Positions 27,171 to 39,900 of a DNA stretch of 60,912 nt are shown here, piece after piece. The position numbers and the translations under genes are program-made. The notes under the pieces are model-generated. The model worked only from the letters and a program-made list of their open reading frames with translations. It made no database searches and was not told the origin of the DNA. Numbering within the stretch: position 1 is the stretch's first letter; each line of letters opens with the position of its first letter. The stretch comes from Trichoplax sp. H2 (Eukaryota), in NCBI GenBank assembly GCA_003344405.1, contig NOWV01000294.1, forward strand, positions 1 through 60,912. The letters run 5' to 3'.

Positions 27171-28711
27171 TTAGGTTCTATCGAATTTTGTTAAATTAAA
27201 GTTGAACTTGTAGATTTTGCGAATTGAATCAATGGAACGATTTATTAGTATGAAAAATTGAATGTTGAGGATGAGTGTGGAAACACAAAACTAATCCTAA
27301 ACTGATGTTTTAACAACGTGCAACAAGGTCAAAACTAATTTCAAATTTTAAATCACATGTTAACTCTTATTGTAGCCTAGCATAGCACATGCCTATACTG
27401 TCTACAGTATTATATTAACTATAGCAGATGAGTACAATAATTAATTTTAGTACATTATGTTTAGATTCTAAATTTTATTTAAAACTTTATTGCAATTCTT
27501 ATTAACAATTGTTAATACTAACAGAAGTCATTAAATCAGCAATACTACCATTATTGCTACGTTCAAACGTTTATTATAACCCTTACACGCTCTCTATACA
27601 GTCTATTTTATGAAAGATACTTTATTGCAATTAACCAGTTTAAGAAAATTACCTGTAACAAGTCGTATCCAATTCTGGATTATTAATGCTGTTAGAAGTT
27701 ATTTGTATCAGTTATAAATACTAATTATTCAAACAATTATCGTAGTTTAGGCATTCCTTAGATGGTGCTTGTTATTTAAAGTAATGCACAATTGCAAATA
27801 ACCATTTTTAACCATATTATACGGTATACATTAGAAATCTCATCTAAATCTTGATTTATTGACGGTAACTGAAGTCATTGTATCAGCAATAAATACTTGC
27901 ATAACAGATTCGATCAAGAATTAAATGCTAAATAGGCCAATCTCGAATTGAATCGAATGTTGGACACTTAGGCAGTATATCGCTATAGAGACTTAAAAGT
28001 TGATACTGCATATATACGTAAAATCTCGATATAAATTATTTAATACCATACGCAAGTGCAGTACTAATTAATTGACCACTGGCATAAACATTTTTATGTC
28101 CGTCAGTATATTAACTCTTGTCTGTCTGTGCATTGTACGGAGTCATAACTATATACCAATAATAGATATCTGGTCTCAATAATCGGATACCAACAACGAA
28201 AGCAAGTTCTGCATTTGTGAGAAATAGTCTGCAGGAGGTTTTACTTCAGTCACGGTGTGGTAATCTCTTTACTAACTGCATTTTGTTTGCTAGATTGTTT
28301 AGTATTGTGAGCTAGCTATTTAGACCAGAACAACAAAGTACTTATGAACAGATTGAAATTAAATGTAAGTCTACATAATATTCACACGAAGTAATATTCT
28401 TCATGGTTATCACATATTGAGAAGTAGTGAATTGTGTCTATTTTGCAAGCATTAAAAACTAACATTATCGTCATTGGTCTATCCAAGGTAAGCCATTTTA
28501 AAATTATACAGCCCTTAATCAGCAAGGCTTAGAACAGATTCAACCTTAAAGATTGATCAATATCATGTTTCAGACCGTTCTTAGGAAGTGATGCATAATT
28601 ATAATGATTAGTAGGACTTTATGCATTAAATTCTACATTTATAAAAGAAAAGGATAGCTTGTTTTAGGGTGTAGCAGACGCTATTCGAAAGAAATTTACT
28701 TGCAGCTACAA

Positions 28712-30208
28712 ATGTCTATCCTCGTTGTTACCCTGACACTGATCATCGGCTATTTAGCTATTGTATTCATCCAAAAGAGAAAAGCCATAGTACAGTACCT
28801 TCGTATTCGAAGGGCTTTAGAACAATTTCCATGCCCTCCAAAACATTGGTTGTTAGGCAATTTAGTACTGCTGGGAAAGCCAGATAAAAGACATATCCAA
28901 CTGAAGGAGCATTACGTTAAAAGTTTTAAGACTTGTAGCGTTTATTGGCTGTCTATATTTCCTATTTTATCCATTAATCATAGCAAAGCTGCAAAAGCGA
29001 TTATAAAAGCATCGGTGCCCAAAGGAAGTTGGATATATGCGTGGGTTAGACCTTGGCTTGGACGAGGATTAATATTCGAAAATGGTAACAGATGGAAGAG
29101 AAATAGGAGATTATTAACTCCTTCATTTCATTACGAACGACTTCAATCTTATTTAACTGTTTTCAATCAGTGTACTGACACTATTATCCAAAAATGGACA
29201 GAACGGAGTCAAAATAACCAAAGTTTTAATGAGTTCGAAGATTTAACGCTACTATCTTTCGATTCCCTTTTGCAATGCGCCTTTTCAGTTAAGATTCACT
29301 GTCAAACAAGTGGTAAAAATCACCCTTATGTGGCCGCGATACACAGATTGACTCGGTTGATTACTGATCGAGCATTTACATTACTTCATTATATCGAATG
29401 GATCTATCGGTTATCTTCCAAAGGTCGAGAATTTTCTCAACTCTGCCATTTTGTACATCAATTCGTGGAAGAGATTATTGAAAAGAGAAAAAAAGAATTA
29501 GAAAACCAAGAGCAAAATAATCGAAAAGAACACTATGATTTCTTAGATGTTCTATTAACAGGACGCGATGAAGATGGCAATGGTTTAACAGTTCAAGAAA
29601 TTCGCGATGAAGTGGATACCTTTATGTTTGCAGGCCATGATACTACTGCCAGTGCACTCAGTTGGACATTTTATTGCTTGGCAAAATATCCTCATTATCA
29701 AGAAAAAGTTCGCCGCGAGGTTGATGTCTTTATGAGCCATAAAAATGACGTTGAATGGAATGATTTATCCGAAATGAATTATACCACTATGTGTATAAAG
29801 GAGGCTTTACGCTTGTATACTGTTGTGCCTGTTGTAGAAAGGAGAATGGACCAAGACATGATCATTGATGGTAAATTGGTTCCTTCTGGCACTATTATCA
29901 ATCTTGAATTATATTGTATTTGTCATCGTGAGGAGAGTTGGCCTAATCCTAACGACTACGACCCGGATCGTTTTTCTATAGAAAATATAAACAATCGCGA
30001 CGCATTTGAATATTTACCATTTTCGGCTGGCCAAAGAAATTGCATAGGCCAACAGTTTGCTATGAACGAAATCAAAGTAGTCGTTGCTAAAATAATCCAT
30101 CACTTTTACTTGGAGATTGATCCGAATTACGATGTTAAGCCCTATCATTCTATTGTAAATCAAACTGAAACTGGATTATGGATTAAGGCCAAGAAAAGAT
30201 ATTTTTAG
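28712..30208 (+). CDS. Cytochrome P450, clan 4 (copy 2), intronless CDS
   Basis: First ATG at 28712 (the track ORF starts at a TTG). EVDTFMFAGHDTTAS, EALR, PDRF, FSAGQRNCIG. A possible 5'UTR intron acceptor (TTACTTGCAG) ends at 28705. Confidence 0.96.
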   Translation: MSILVVTLTLIIGYLAIVFIQKRKAIVQYLRIRRALEQFPCPPKHWLLGNLVLLGKPDKRHIQLKEHYVKSFKTCSVYWLSIFPILSINHSKAAKAIIKASVPKGSWIYAWVRPWLGRGLIFENGNRWKRNRRLLTPSFHYERLQSYLTVFNQCTDTIIQKWTERSQNNQSFNEFEDLTLLSFDSLLQCAFSVKIHCQTSGKNHPYVAAIHRLTRLITDRAFTLLHYIEWIYRLSSKGREFSQLCHFVHQFVEEIIEKRKKELENQEQNNRKEHYDFLDVLLTGRDEDGNGLTVQEIRDEVDTFMFAGHDTTASALSWTFYCLAKYPHYQEKVRREVDVFMSHKNDVEWNDLSEMNYTTMCIKEALRLYTVVPVVERRMDQDMIIDGKLVPSGTIINLELYCICHREESWPNPNDYDPDRFSIENINNRDAFEYLPFSAGQRNCIGQQFAMNEIKVVVAKIIHHFYLEIDPNYDVKPYHSIVNQTETGLWIKAKKRYF

Positions 30209-32671
30209 CTTTGATGCTAGCTGTATCGATGATGAACATTAACCTAAATCTATTCCTTGTAATAAAGACTATTGCACTTATGATATTAATGCTACTGCCT
30301 GTGATAACAGTCGTAATATTAGTTATGGCTTAAACTGTTTGAAAATTGTGATATATTTACGGTATTTTTTAAGCAGTGAAGTATGAAATTTATAAGCTTT
30401 AAATTTGGTTTATAGGATGTATGCAGAATTACATTAATTTTAAGAGCAGCTAAGATAGTTGATAATTAGCGCAAAATTGGCATGTACGCGAATCTTTTTC
30501 ATTAATGTGCAAAATTCATAACATTTTAAGATCATTGTGCAAAGAATTCGCAAGGATTACATGATTTTTAGAACGATGCTTTTGGAAGAGTACTTGAAGT
30601 TCAGATATTTATCATCAATCTGTATTACATTCTCGTTTTAAACGATAACTGTCAAAAATTTTTGATGATAATCTTTTATTCTGTATTGATCTACGGTACC
30701 CTTTATAGAAAATTTTTGATGCTGGTACTGTTCTCATCAAAATTTTATTTAATTGAAGTATAATAATGTAGGGCAGCAACATTCAGATAAAAAGCATTGT
30801 CGCCTGCAATTATAATTAGAAGTATTGCCTTTATCAGTTAAGCTAATTGTCTAGATATTCTAAATAAGAAGGCTAAATTTTTATCAATTATTATAAAAAT
30901 ACTAATCAGTTTATTGCATGCTCTTGTGGTGGAATCTGATTTTGCAGTGTTTTGCAAGAGATTATAATAGCCTAATGAATTGGCTAAGTCCTATTATCTG
31001 GATTATCTTGGCTATCTTCGAATGTTTTCATAGTAAGGTGAAATCAGTTGTTAAGTACTTGTTGGTCGTACTATTAAACGTGTTTTGCATAACTCCAATA
31101 AAACTTTAAAATTTGAAGGCGATGTACACCGTAATTTGGCTACCATTTCTATGACATAGAATAGCTTTTGCTAACTTTAGTAAACAGAATAAATTTGATA
31201 GGATTTAACTAAGGTAGGTCTTTCATGTCTATAATGGTTTAAATTTGATAACATTGCTAATAATACATACTTAGTATAGTGTTTATTTCTAAATACGGTA
31301 TAGTCTATTTCTAGTAAAAGTATTAGTTTTCACCGGATTGTAGCATAATTCTAAGACTGTAACATAGCACTAAATATGTATGATCTATATTTAACAATTT
31401 ACTCTTAGGAAATATCTTGCACTCTAGCTAGTATATACTGAAGCACTAGCTTAACATAGAACTAACCTATTTTCATGAATCAGTCAGGCCTATAATTAGT
31501 TTCCTCCTGCTGTGCTCCTAACATTATAAAAGCTATCTTCTTTCGTCTGTCTCGTTAGTTAGTTCTGGTAGCTACACAGTAAGCTTGCACGCTTTGCCAA
31601 TTCTACACTATTATAGTTATTCGACTGGTCACGTCGTTACTCGTATAATAATTTTACATCATTATTCTCTTACACTAACTCAATACAGGTTACTCTTCCT
31701 TTAACTATTCTATTATACTTTATTGCAACATATGTCAAACTTTCAACTTTCCAAAACATCACTCTTAGGAAACTGATAATCAGAATTCGTTATAATTCTC
31801 GTCGAAAGATATATGATAATCTCAAAGTTAACTTCATCACTTTATAGTCAACATGATAGTTCTATTTTATTGATCATACAATTAATGTTTAAAGAATGTA
31901 TCAAAATTCTTTAGAAGTACTAATCAATAGTATTATATACTACGCTATATTTGCTAGATTATACGATGCAATACTTTATACAGTGTCAGTCAGTTATAGT
32001 ACAGTTGCGATTGCTTTTGTGTGTTTATGCTAATTCAGTAATACTTACAGTTAGTGCGTTACAAATTGTTCTTGTCACAGGTTACAAAATAATACTTGTG
32101 ATTGAATATTATTAGTGTTTTACATGTGTTAATTCTTCGTTGTAATGGTGTATTATGCTGCATACACTAGCGAATTCACTGTTATACAAACTTGAGTGTG
32201 AATGGCGTACGTATATAAGCCGCCGCTTTTCAATAAAATAAACAGAGAATAGGAGTTAGTAGTTAACTTTACAATAACTTTAACTACACGTACAATCTTT
32301 TGTCTTCCTTGCTGATGGAAAGTAGTACAAACCTTACAATATGGTTGTTAGTATCAACTCTAGATAGTAATACACAACAAATAGCTCTACTGCGGTATAA
32401 TGCAAGAATTGATTGATATTCATGGCGAGAAATAAAGGTAACAAACTCCTTATCTATCCATTACTTTAAGTCATGTTTGCAATCAATCCACGTAAATGGT
32501 ACCTAACTCAACAAAAAGCTCCAATCCATGATAGTGTAAATAGATATCGTTTTATTCAGAATTTAATACTTCAGCGTAGTAATTACACATACGTAGGCAG
32601 ACCACATTGTAAGGCATTTTAATTTTTTTATCATTTGCAATTAGTCTACATATCATTGCTCTCTATCACAT

Positions 32672-32866
32672 TGTAATAAAAGTATTTCACAAATAATAGT
32701 CTTAGTAAAAGGCTTTTATTGCAAGCTTTAAAAATAGTAGAGCAATAATTAATTACTGTAAGAATCTAATCTAAAGTATCGTGAGCTCAAGGTGAAATGA
32801 GATCTCTAATGTGAGCTCATCTCCGCAATTCTTGAATACATTTCGTTTAATCCATTTATGACGACA
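32672..32866 (+). repeat. Dispersed repeat copy B (similar to 645-884), TG...CA ends
   Basis: Collinear similarity to 645-884. Begins TGTAAT and ends GACA, but no convincing TSD. Confidence 0.6.
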
Positions 32867-35067
32867 TTCTAAATTACAATCAGACTTGAATCAACTTAAA
32901 CCTTATCCTTTTTTGAAATGTATCATCATCACGTTCTATAATCCAAATCAATTTACTTAAAAGTACCACTACTCTTCTACTAGTATTCAGCACGTTCAGT
33001 GTTGAGTATTTTCACAATTATAGTATATCAGGTCACATAAATCTTGTACTATAATTAGTGAACTGGCTAATATTAGTCATAAACAACCTCTAGTATAGTA
33101 GCTAGCAATCATCTACTATAGTATTAGCATCCTAGAAATATCTATTCTTTATAGCCTAACTAAATGAAATATAGCTACCAACACAATCAAATATATCTAT
33201 CATTGTACTAAAATATAATTGTATCATTATACCGTATAACATAATACTATTTTATACTTACTATTTATGGTTAGTCTAACCTTGAACTACTAGAAGATCT
33301 TATTCTAGTCCATGATTTAGCTTATGCAAATAAAGAAGGTGGGTAAAGTGGGAGGCGGCAGCGGAATTAATAACTGAAGAGGATTGAGGGATACTAACTG
33401 GCCTGTAATATACCAGATACGTGCTTTACTCTTTTACCTACAGTAGTACTGCATAGTAGTCCCTACTGGTTCAATAACGGTACATTCCGGAACTGATAGT
33501 ACCGTAACATGCCGAAAGACCGTTATCTAGATGCTACTATTTCTTGCCGAATTATAACCAAATCCATATAAAATTGCAAGCTATTGGCTCACAATCAATA
33601 ACTGGTCGTGATACTTCGCACACTTATCTACTACTCGTGAATAAACTATTTCAGTATACTACTATATTTTACTCGTACACACGCCAATATACCCTGTATA
33701 TAATATTAAGGCTGTGATTCAGTAAATACTAAATAACCGAGCGTAGACCTGTTAGAATCAAACAAAGATATACATTAGTAAATCTGGAATAGCGGTATGA
33801 ATTCTAAAATGGTAGAGACATAAATGTTGACCTATTCCACTAGCTTTCACAAATTTATAATTCAGTGTGATACAGATTTACGAATTAATTGGCTAGCATA
33901 GGCGTATACAACAGGAAGAAAACATAGATATTCCTTCTACTTATTATCGGAAATTAAAGTACGTGTCTTACATACTTTTCTATCTTGTTATTTATATCTT
34001 TATTTATCCATCCATCTATTGACTTAAGGGTACACATCAATCTGTCTATTCATATTATACTTGTATAATATGTAAAAGTATCTACGTAATTTTACAGCAT
34101 TCAATATTCATCAATGCACCATTGATACAAATCTTATGATTTTCATTTGTATGTTGATTTCTTGTACTCAATTTATACCACTATCAAAGCTTTCCACTAC
34201 CTATATTTATTTCGTTTTTACCAAGCCATAGAATTTATATCTAGTAGAAATTAAATTTTGGATAACATATAAACTTCAATGTCTTATCAAATGATTTGCG
34301 GTTAGCAGATTTACCGTCGATACATCAGGTAAAGCAATACTTTAAACTATAGCTTCAGCCATATAACCACCAATAGCAATTTAACTAACATTAGGTTTAT
34401 GTGAGTGTTTACATAATGTAAGACTACGACGGAAGTAATTCCATCATCAGTGAAACCCGTATTATTAATACAAAATATTTAGGGCAAATGGAACGAAACC
34501 TAACTTAGCGCCGCTATCACAACATACTTTCAAATAAACCCACAAATGTATCTACCTATAGTAAACTTCATCGATATTTTCAATACTATAATATCATAGA
34601 TAAAACTACCAATCAGTATTCATGATTCATTACATATTCTATTATAATTATAAAATCATTCAAAAATCTAATAAAAATTTATATTGCAGATCTGGAACGG
34701 TTATACTACTTCCCTTATTTGTTCATATACGCTCATAATATCATTTCAAGCACCGGTAACACTTGACCAGTCGTAGCAAATATTATTTTTATTATATATG
34801 TTATCATTCTGCATACGTATGAGGCAGAAAAGCAAATATAGCACATACGTCATAAAGGTATAACTATAAATAAAATAATAGAAATAAATGTTTATCCACT
34901 CAACCAGCCGTAAAAATTACCATAACTAAGAGTGATATGGATAGGCAGACCCAATAAACATATGCGATAAAAGATTGTACATTCAAGGAAACTACTCTTA
35001 CATTCTAACTCTCTTCTAATTCAAGTTTTAAGTTGAACTACTGGTTTGTAAATTTGTGGAGCTTGTC

Positions 35068-36582
35068 ATGCTATCCTGGATTGAAGCAATATTCACTATT
35101 GTAATTGCATTCATCGTAATCATCGTTATAAGGAATAGAGGAGATATTATACAATATTTTAGAATATGGAAATCACTTCGAAAATTTCCATCACCTCCAT
35201 CACATTGGCTAATGGGCCATTTGTTACAGCTTGGTAAACCTGATGAGGCTTGCATTCAAATGCTCGAGAAACGTTGTCCCAGTTATGATACGTGCTTTGT
35301 CCATTGGTTTAGTATTTTCCCCGTTCTTTGTTGTAACAACAGTGATGCAGCTAAAGATATCATTAAAGCATCGTCACCTAAAGGTAGCTGGTTTTATAAG
35401 CTGGCTACACCGTGGCTGGGGCATGGATTGATTGCAGAAAATGGTCCTAGATGGGCAAGGAATAGAAGATTATTAACATCAGCATTCCATTACGATATTT
35501 TAAAGAATTATGTACGAATTTACAATGATTGTATAGATACCATTATTACCAAATGGAAAGCCCGAGATGATAAAGGAGAAAGCTTTGACACTTATGAAGA
35601 CCTGAAATTGTTAACACTTGATGTTATATTACAAACTGCTTTTTCCATAAAGTTAGATTGCCAAACAATAGGTAAAAATCATCCCTACATCACGGCGTCA
35701 AGGCAGCTAACGCGCTTACTTCTAGAACGAGTTCACTTTTTACCTTATTCATTCGATTGCATTTATCGATGGAGTCCAAGCGGTAAGAAGTTTTTGAAAC
35801 TTTGTCATTACGTAAACCAATTTTCTGATGAAATCATTAGCAGGAGAAAAGAAACATTAATGAATAATAATATAAATCAACAAAGCAGTCAAAATAGGCG
35901 AGGGAAGCATATGGATTTTGTAGATATATTATTACAAACACGCGATGAAGATGGATATGGTTTAAACGTTCAAGAAATTCGAGACGAAGTCAACACATTT
36001 ATGTTCGCTGGCCATGATACAACATCGAGTGCATTAGCTTGGACACTCTATTGCTTAGCTAAATATCCACAACATCAAGATAAAGTTCGAGAAGAAGCCG
36101 ACGGGATTTTATGCGATAAAGATAATATAGATTACGATGATCTACAAAAACTAAACTATACTCACATGTGCATTAAAGAAGCTATGCGAATATATACACC
36201 AGTACCTACTATAGAAAGAAAGTTAAATCAAGATTTGACAGTCAATGGTATGCTGGTTCCAGCAAGTACAACTGTATTTTTACAACTTCATACCTTATGT
36301 CGAAGATCAGAAGTATGGCCTAATCCATATCAATATGATCCGCAGCGATTCACAGCTGAAAACATTCAAAATCGGGATCCGTATCATTATATACCATTCT
36401 CCGCTGGCCAACGTAATTGTATTGGCAAAAATTTTGCTACAGACGAGTTAAAAATTGTTGTTGCTAAACTTGTCCATCACTTACAGTTAGAAATTGATCC
36501 GAAAATGCAACCAACGCGTTATTATGCTATGGTAAATCAGCCAGATAAGGGAATATGGCTTAAAATTAAGAGACTTAAATAA
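35068..36582 (+). CDS. Cytochrome P450, clan 4 (copy 3), intronless CDS
   Basis: First ATG at 35068. EVNTFMFAGHDTTSS, EAMR, PQRF, FSAGQRNCIG. Confidence 0.96.
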   Translation: MLSWIEAIFTIVIAFIVIIVIRNRGDIIQYFRIWKSLRKFPSPPSHWLMGHLLQLGKPDEACIQMLEKRCPSYDTCFVHWFSIFPVLCCNNSDAAKDIIKASSPKGSWFYKLATPWLGHGLIAENGPRWARNRRLLTSAFHYDILKNYVRIYNDCIDTIITKWKARDDKGESFDTYEDLKLLTLDVILQTAFSIKLDCQTIGKNHPYITASRQLTRLLLERVHFLPYSFDCIYRWSPSGKKFLKLCHYVNQFSDEIISRRKETLMNNNINQQSSQNRRGKHMDFVDILLQTRDEDGYGLNVQEIRDEVNTFMFAGHDTTSSALAWTLYCLAKYPQHQDKVREEADGILCDKDNIDYDDLQKLNYTHMCIKEAMRIYTPVPTIERKLNQDLTVNGMLVPASTTVFLQLHTLCRRSEVWPNPYQYDPQRFTAENIQNRDPYHYIPFSAGQRNCIGKNFATDELKIVVAKLVHHLQLEIDPKMQPTRYYAMVNQPDKGIWLKIKRLK

Positions 36583-36903
36583 TTATACCGCGAATAATTC
36601 GCTCTAAGTACGATCTTAGCCGCATTTCTTATGGTTTGATATCAAATAAATAACTACTGGTCAAGTCTCGATAGCTATTAGCCCGAGTTCTTCAAGATCG
36701 AATACTTCCAATATGTTGGCCACTTACGAAGAAATTTTAAAAAATTTACAACGCATAATTTCAAAATTAGATTTCAACAAATTTTTATTAGTTATTTTCT
36801 GACATTACAACAAATGAATATAGAAATTTTTTCGTATTATTTATCTAATACCAATCTTAAAATAATTGCATAAATTTGAATATCGATTAAGTAGTTGCAA
36901 TAT

Positions 36904-39900
36904 TTATGACCGTTTCTTTCGTCTCCTTTTTGTACTACGATCACGAACTTCTTCTTCCAACCTATGTTCATGTGATGTATTTAGGGCGTGACCAGTTTCT
37001 TTTATATGCTGAAATAATTTATTGCGCGTTGAAAATACTTGCATGCATTTATTACACTTTATTTGTATAGCAGTTTCTTCACTATGTTCTTCCTGTATTA
37101 GATAAGACATAGTTTAGAATCAGAATTTTCGAAGTGATAAAAGTACTTTCTTATGCGTGATAAAATAAGCTTGTCGATATTAATCTGAAACACTTTTGAC
37201 GATGAAATTTGACTGCTACCTTTTCGTTCGCCGCCTCGGCTCCTCTACGAGCTTTTCGAGCTTCCTTAGCCTTTTTTCCTTTTAATTTCTTTGCCTTTGT
37301 AGTACTATGTAATAACCAATGATAACATAATTGATAAATTTTCATGCAGATAGAAGACAATCCCTGTAAATAGGTGTTTAGCTCACCTTCCAATTTCCGC
37401 AGAAGTATTCACATTATCAGTTTTATCTTCGGCTTCTAGAATAGGTTGCGAATCATCTTTGTCTTCCATTATTTCGCCGTCTGCCGCAGTAGACTCCTTA
37501 AACATCTAATTAAAACTCTCTAATTTAATAATTACTTATATTATTCTATACTCTACTCAATATCAACTACAAAATAAAGTGATACGATTTATAAATTAAT
37601 TTAAGATAAATAAAACCAGATAGTAGCGCCATCGCATAAAAACTTCAGAAATAATTTCATCAATGCAGCTGACTGCTCTCTGACCTGATCCTGTCTTCGT
37701 TTCTTTTTCCGTTGTTTCTTAGATAGACTACATTTAAATTGTAAAGAAACAAAAAAAATAAACACAAAAGAGTAAATTATATATTCGATAATTACTAATG
37801 CCATTAAGACAGATACAAATAGTAACAGCTACCCTGATTTCATACATTTTATCAACGCACTTCTCGATAAGCATCTAGCTATTTTGATGTAAAGTATTAA
37901 GTTACCTAACTTTCGACATTTTCGTAACTATATCATCATCTTCACTTCCTTCCGTGGACCTGTTAGAACTTTTACATGACTTAAACATTAGCATAAGCAC
38001 ATAAGCCGTAAATGAATTATAAAACTGCGTAAAACCATTGGTTATAGATGAGCATATGCATCAATGTTATTCAATAATGACTACTTATTATCGTCTTCAA
38101 TTTATACCTTACCTTAAATTTGGCACTTTATCCAATAATTTCTCATCGTCACTCAGATCCTTGGATCTGGCGTAGTTTATTTCAGTAAAAATGATTTATG
38201 TTTAGTCAATTTAATACAACATTTACGGCACGGTTATTTCATTTCTAAAAACCTTGCATCTGGCGCACTAGTTGAATCATTTGTTAATTCAAGTGCTTCG
38301 GTATCTGATAAACAAGATTGCAGTCATTTATGTCAGGCAATGGTACAGCTATGCTAAGTATTTAAGCCGGCTAAAAATAAACCATTTGTTTGTTTATGTT
38401 ACCACTTTGCTCATCAGCAAATATCGCATCCTCTTCTTCTAATTCATCTACAAGCAATGCCAGTAATTCCTGATGCTTCCGTGATCTTTCGTGATTTCGA
38501 AAGCTATGAGATAGAAGAGTACACTTCACCTGTGATGATATTTTAACCTTAAAAAATTGTACGACATATACCTCATAAATGACTTACGCCTTAATAGTTT
38601 TAAAGAATTTATTGCATACAATGCAGTTATAGCCATCGCCCGCAACGTCGCTACCAGCTGCCAAATCAGGTTATGAAATCGATTTAATGTAAGCACAAAT
38701 TTAAAACAAACTTTCTATCGATATTATGATTGAGAGATTGAAAGAACTTACAACTATCATCATTTCGCTTTCCTCCGCCAAACTCATCATCAAGAGCTGA
38801 CTCAATATCCACGAAGTCCTGCAGGAAATCCATTCGCAAACATTACAATACTAACTACAAATTTCAATCAATAGAGAAGGAAACTGTTGGCGATGAATAT
38901 ACCTTCTCAGATGTAGCAGTCCATTCTTGCTCTTGATATGCCTTTGAAAGTCTTCCAGAGGTCAAATAAGCAAATTTAAATATAATTCATAATTACAAGT
39001 ATAGACATTACTTTTGCAATACAGAATAGTTTATTTACTCTGCTTTTCGTCTCTTCTCTTCTAATTGCTTTTTCTTGAAGGCCTCTTCCTTTTCTAGTCG
39101 TTGTTTTTTCATAAGTTCCTATGTTTCCGAAATAAATAACTGTAAAGGTACTATCGCAGGCAATAATGAAACGTACAGAAACCTATGAGTAATTCAATAA
39201 ACGAATACTATTTCGGCTGTATACCAAATGTGCTTTAACTCTCTTATCTCGTTTCCTCAAATAAGCAACAAGTTCCTAAGTTAGGACGAAACGTTACATT
39301 CTATTTAGGTATAGAAAGTAGTTAATTAAGACCAACATTAAATCTCCTTATTGTAATTACCCTAATATTTTCATTGCGCTCCTTTCGAGCAGCATCTCGT
39401 AACTTTTTATTTTCTTTTTCCATTAAGCGTTGTGTTCTTCTATTCGGTGCCTTGATAGCATTTTATAATTTCATATTTTATTACTTTTAAGGATGTTAGA
39501 AGTCACATCGTGACAGTAATTAATTGCTAAATAAAAAATAATAATATAAACGTTTATAGACCAGCGAATAGACTATTTACCTGCCTAGTGTCGTATTCTT
39601 CCAGCCACACAAAAGAAAATGCACTGCTATAACTTTGCCAGTAAGCATAAAATACGCGAACAACCTATGCATTATAGAGTAATAGATTCGTATAATCTTT
39701 ATCACCTGTGACCCTAATAGATCATGGCTAAAATCAGTAGTAAGGCAAAGAGATTTAATGATTTACAACTATACCTCATCGTAGTCACTGTTGGAAAATC
39801 CTGTATTACCAAAAGTGCCATTAATAAAACATTTTTTAGAAATAAATACAACTATTAATGTTACACTATGCCTAATCGTGTGAAAAGCAAGATCACTCGC

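Noticed and set aside
31339..33705. Further solo-LTR candidates (~31358-31730 and ~33405-33705)
   Set aside because: They have TG starts and TATA-like signals, but I could not find matching termini with TSDs or a second copy.
36904..37804. Three separate small minus-strand genes listed in the ORF track
   Set aside because: They are DNAJC21 exons read together with adjacent intron sequence.
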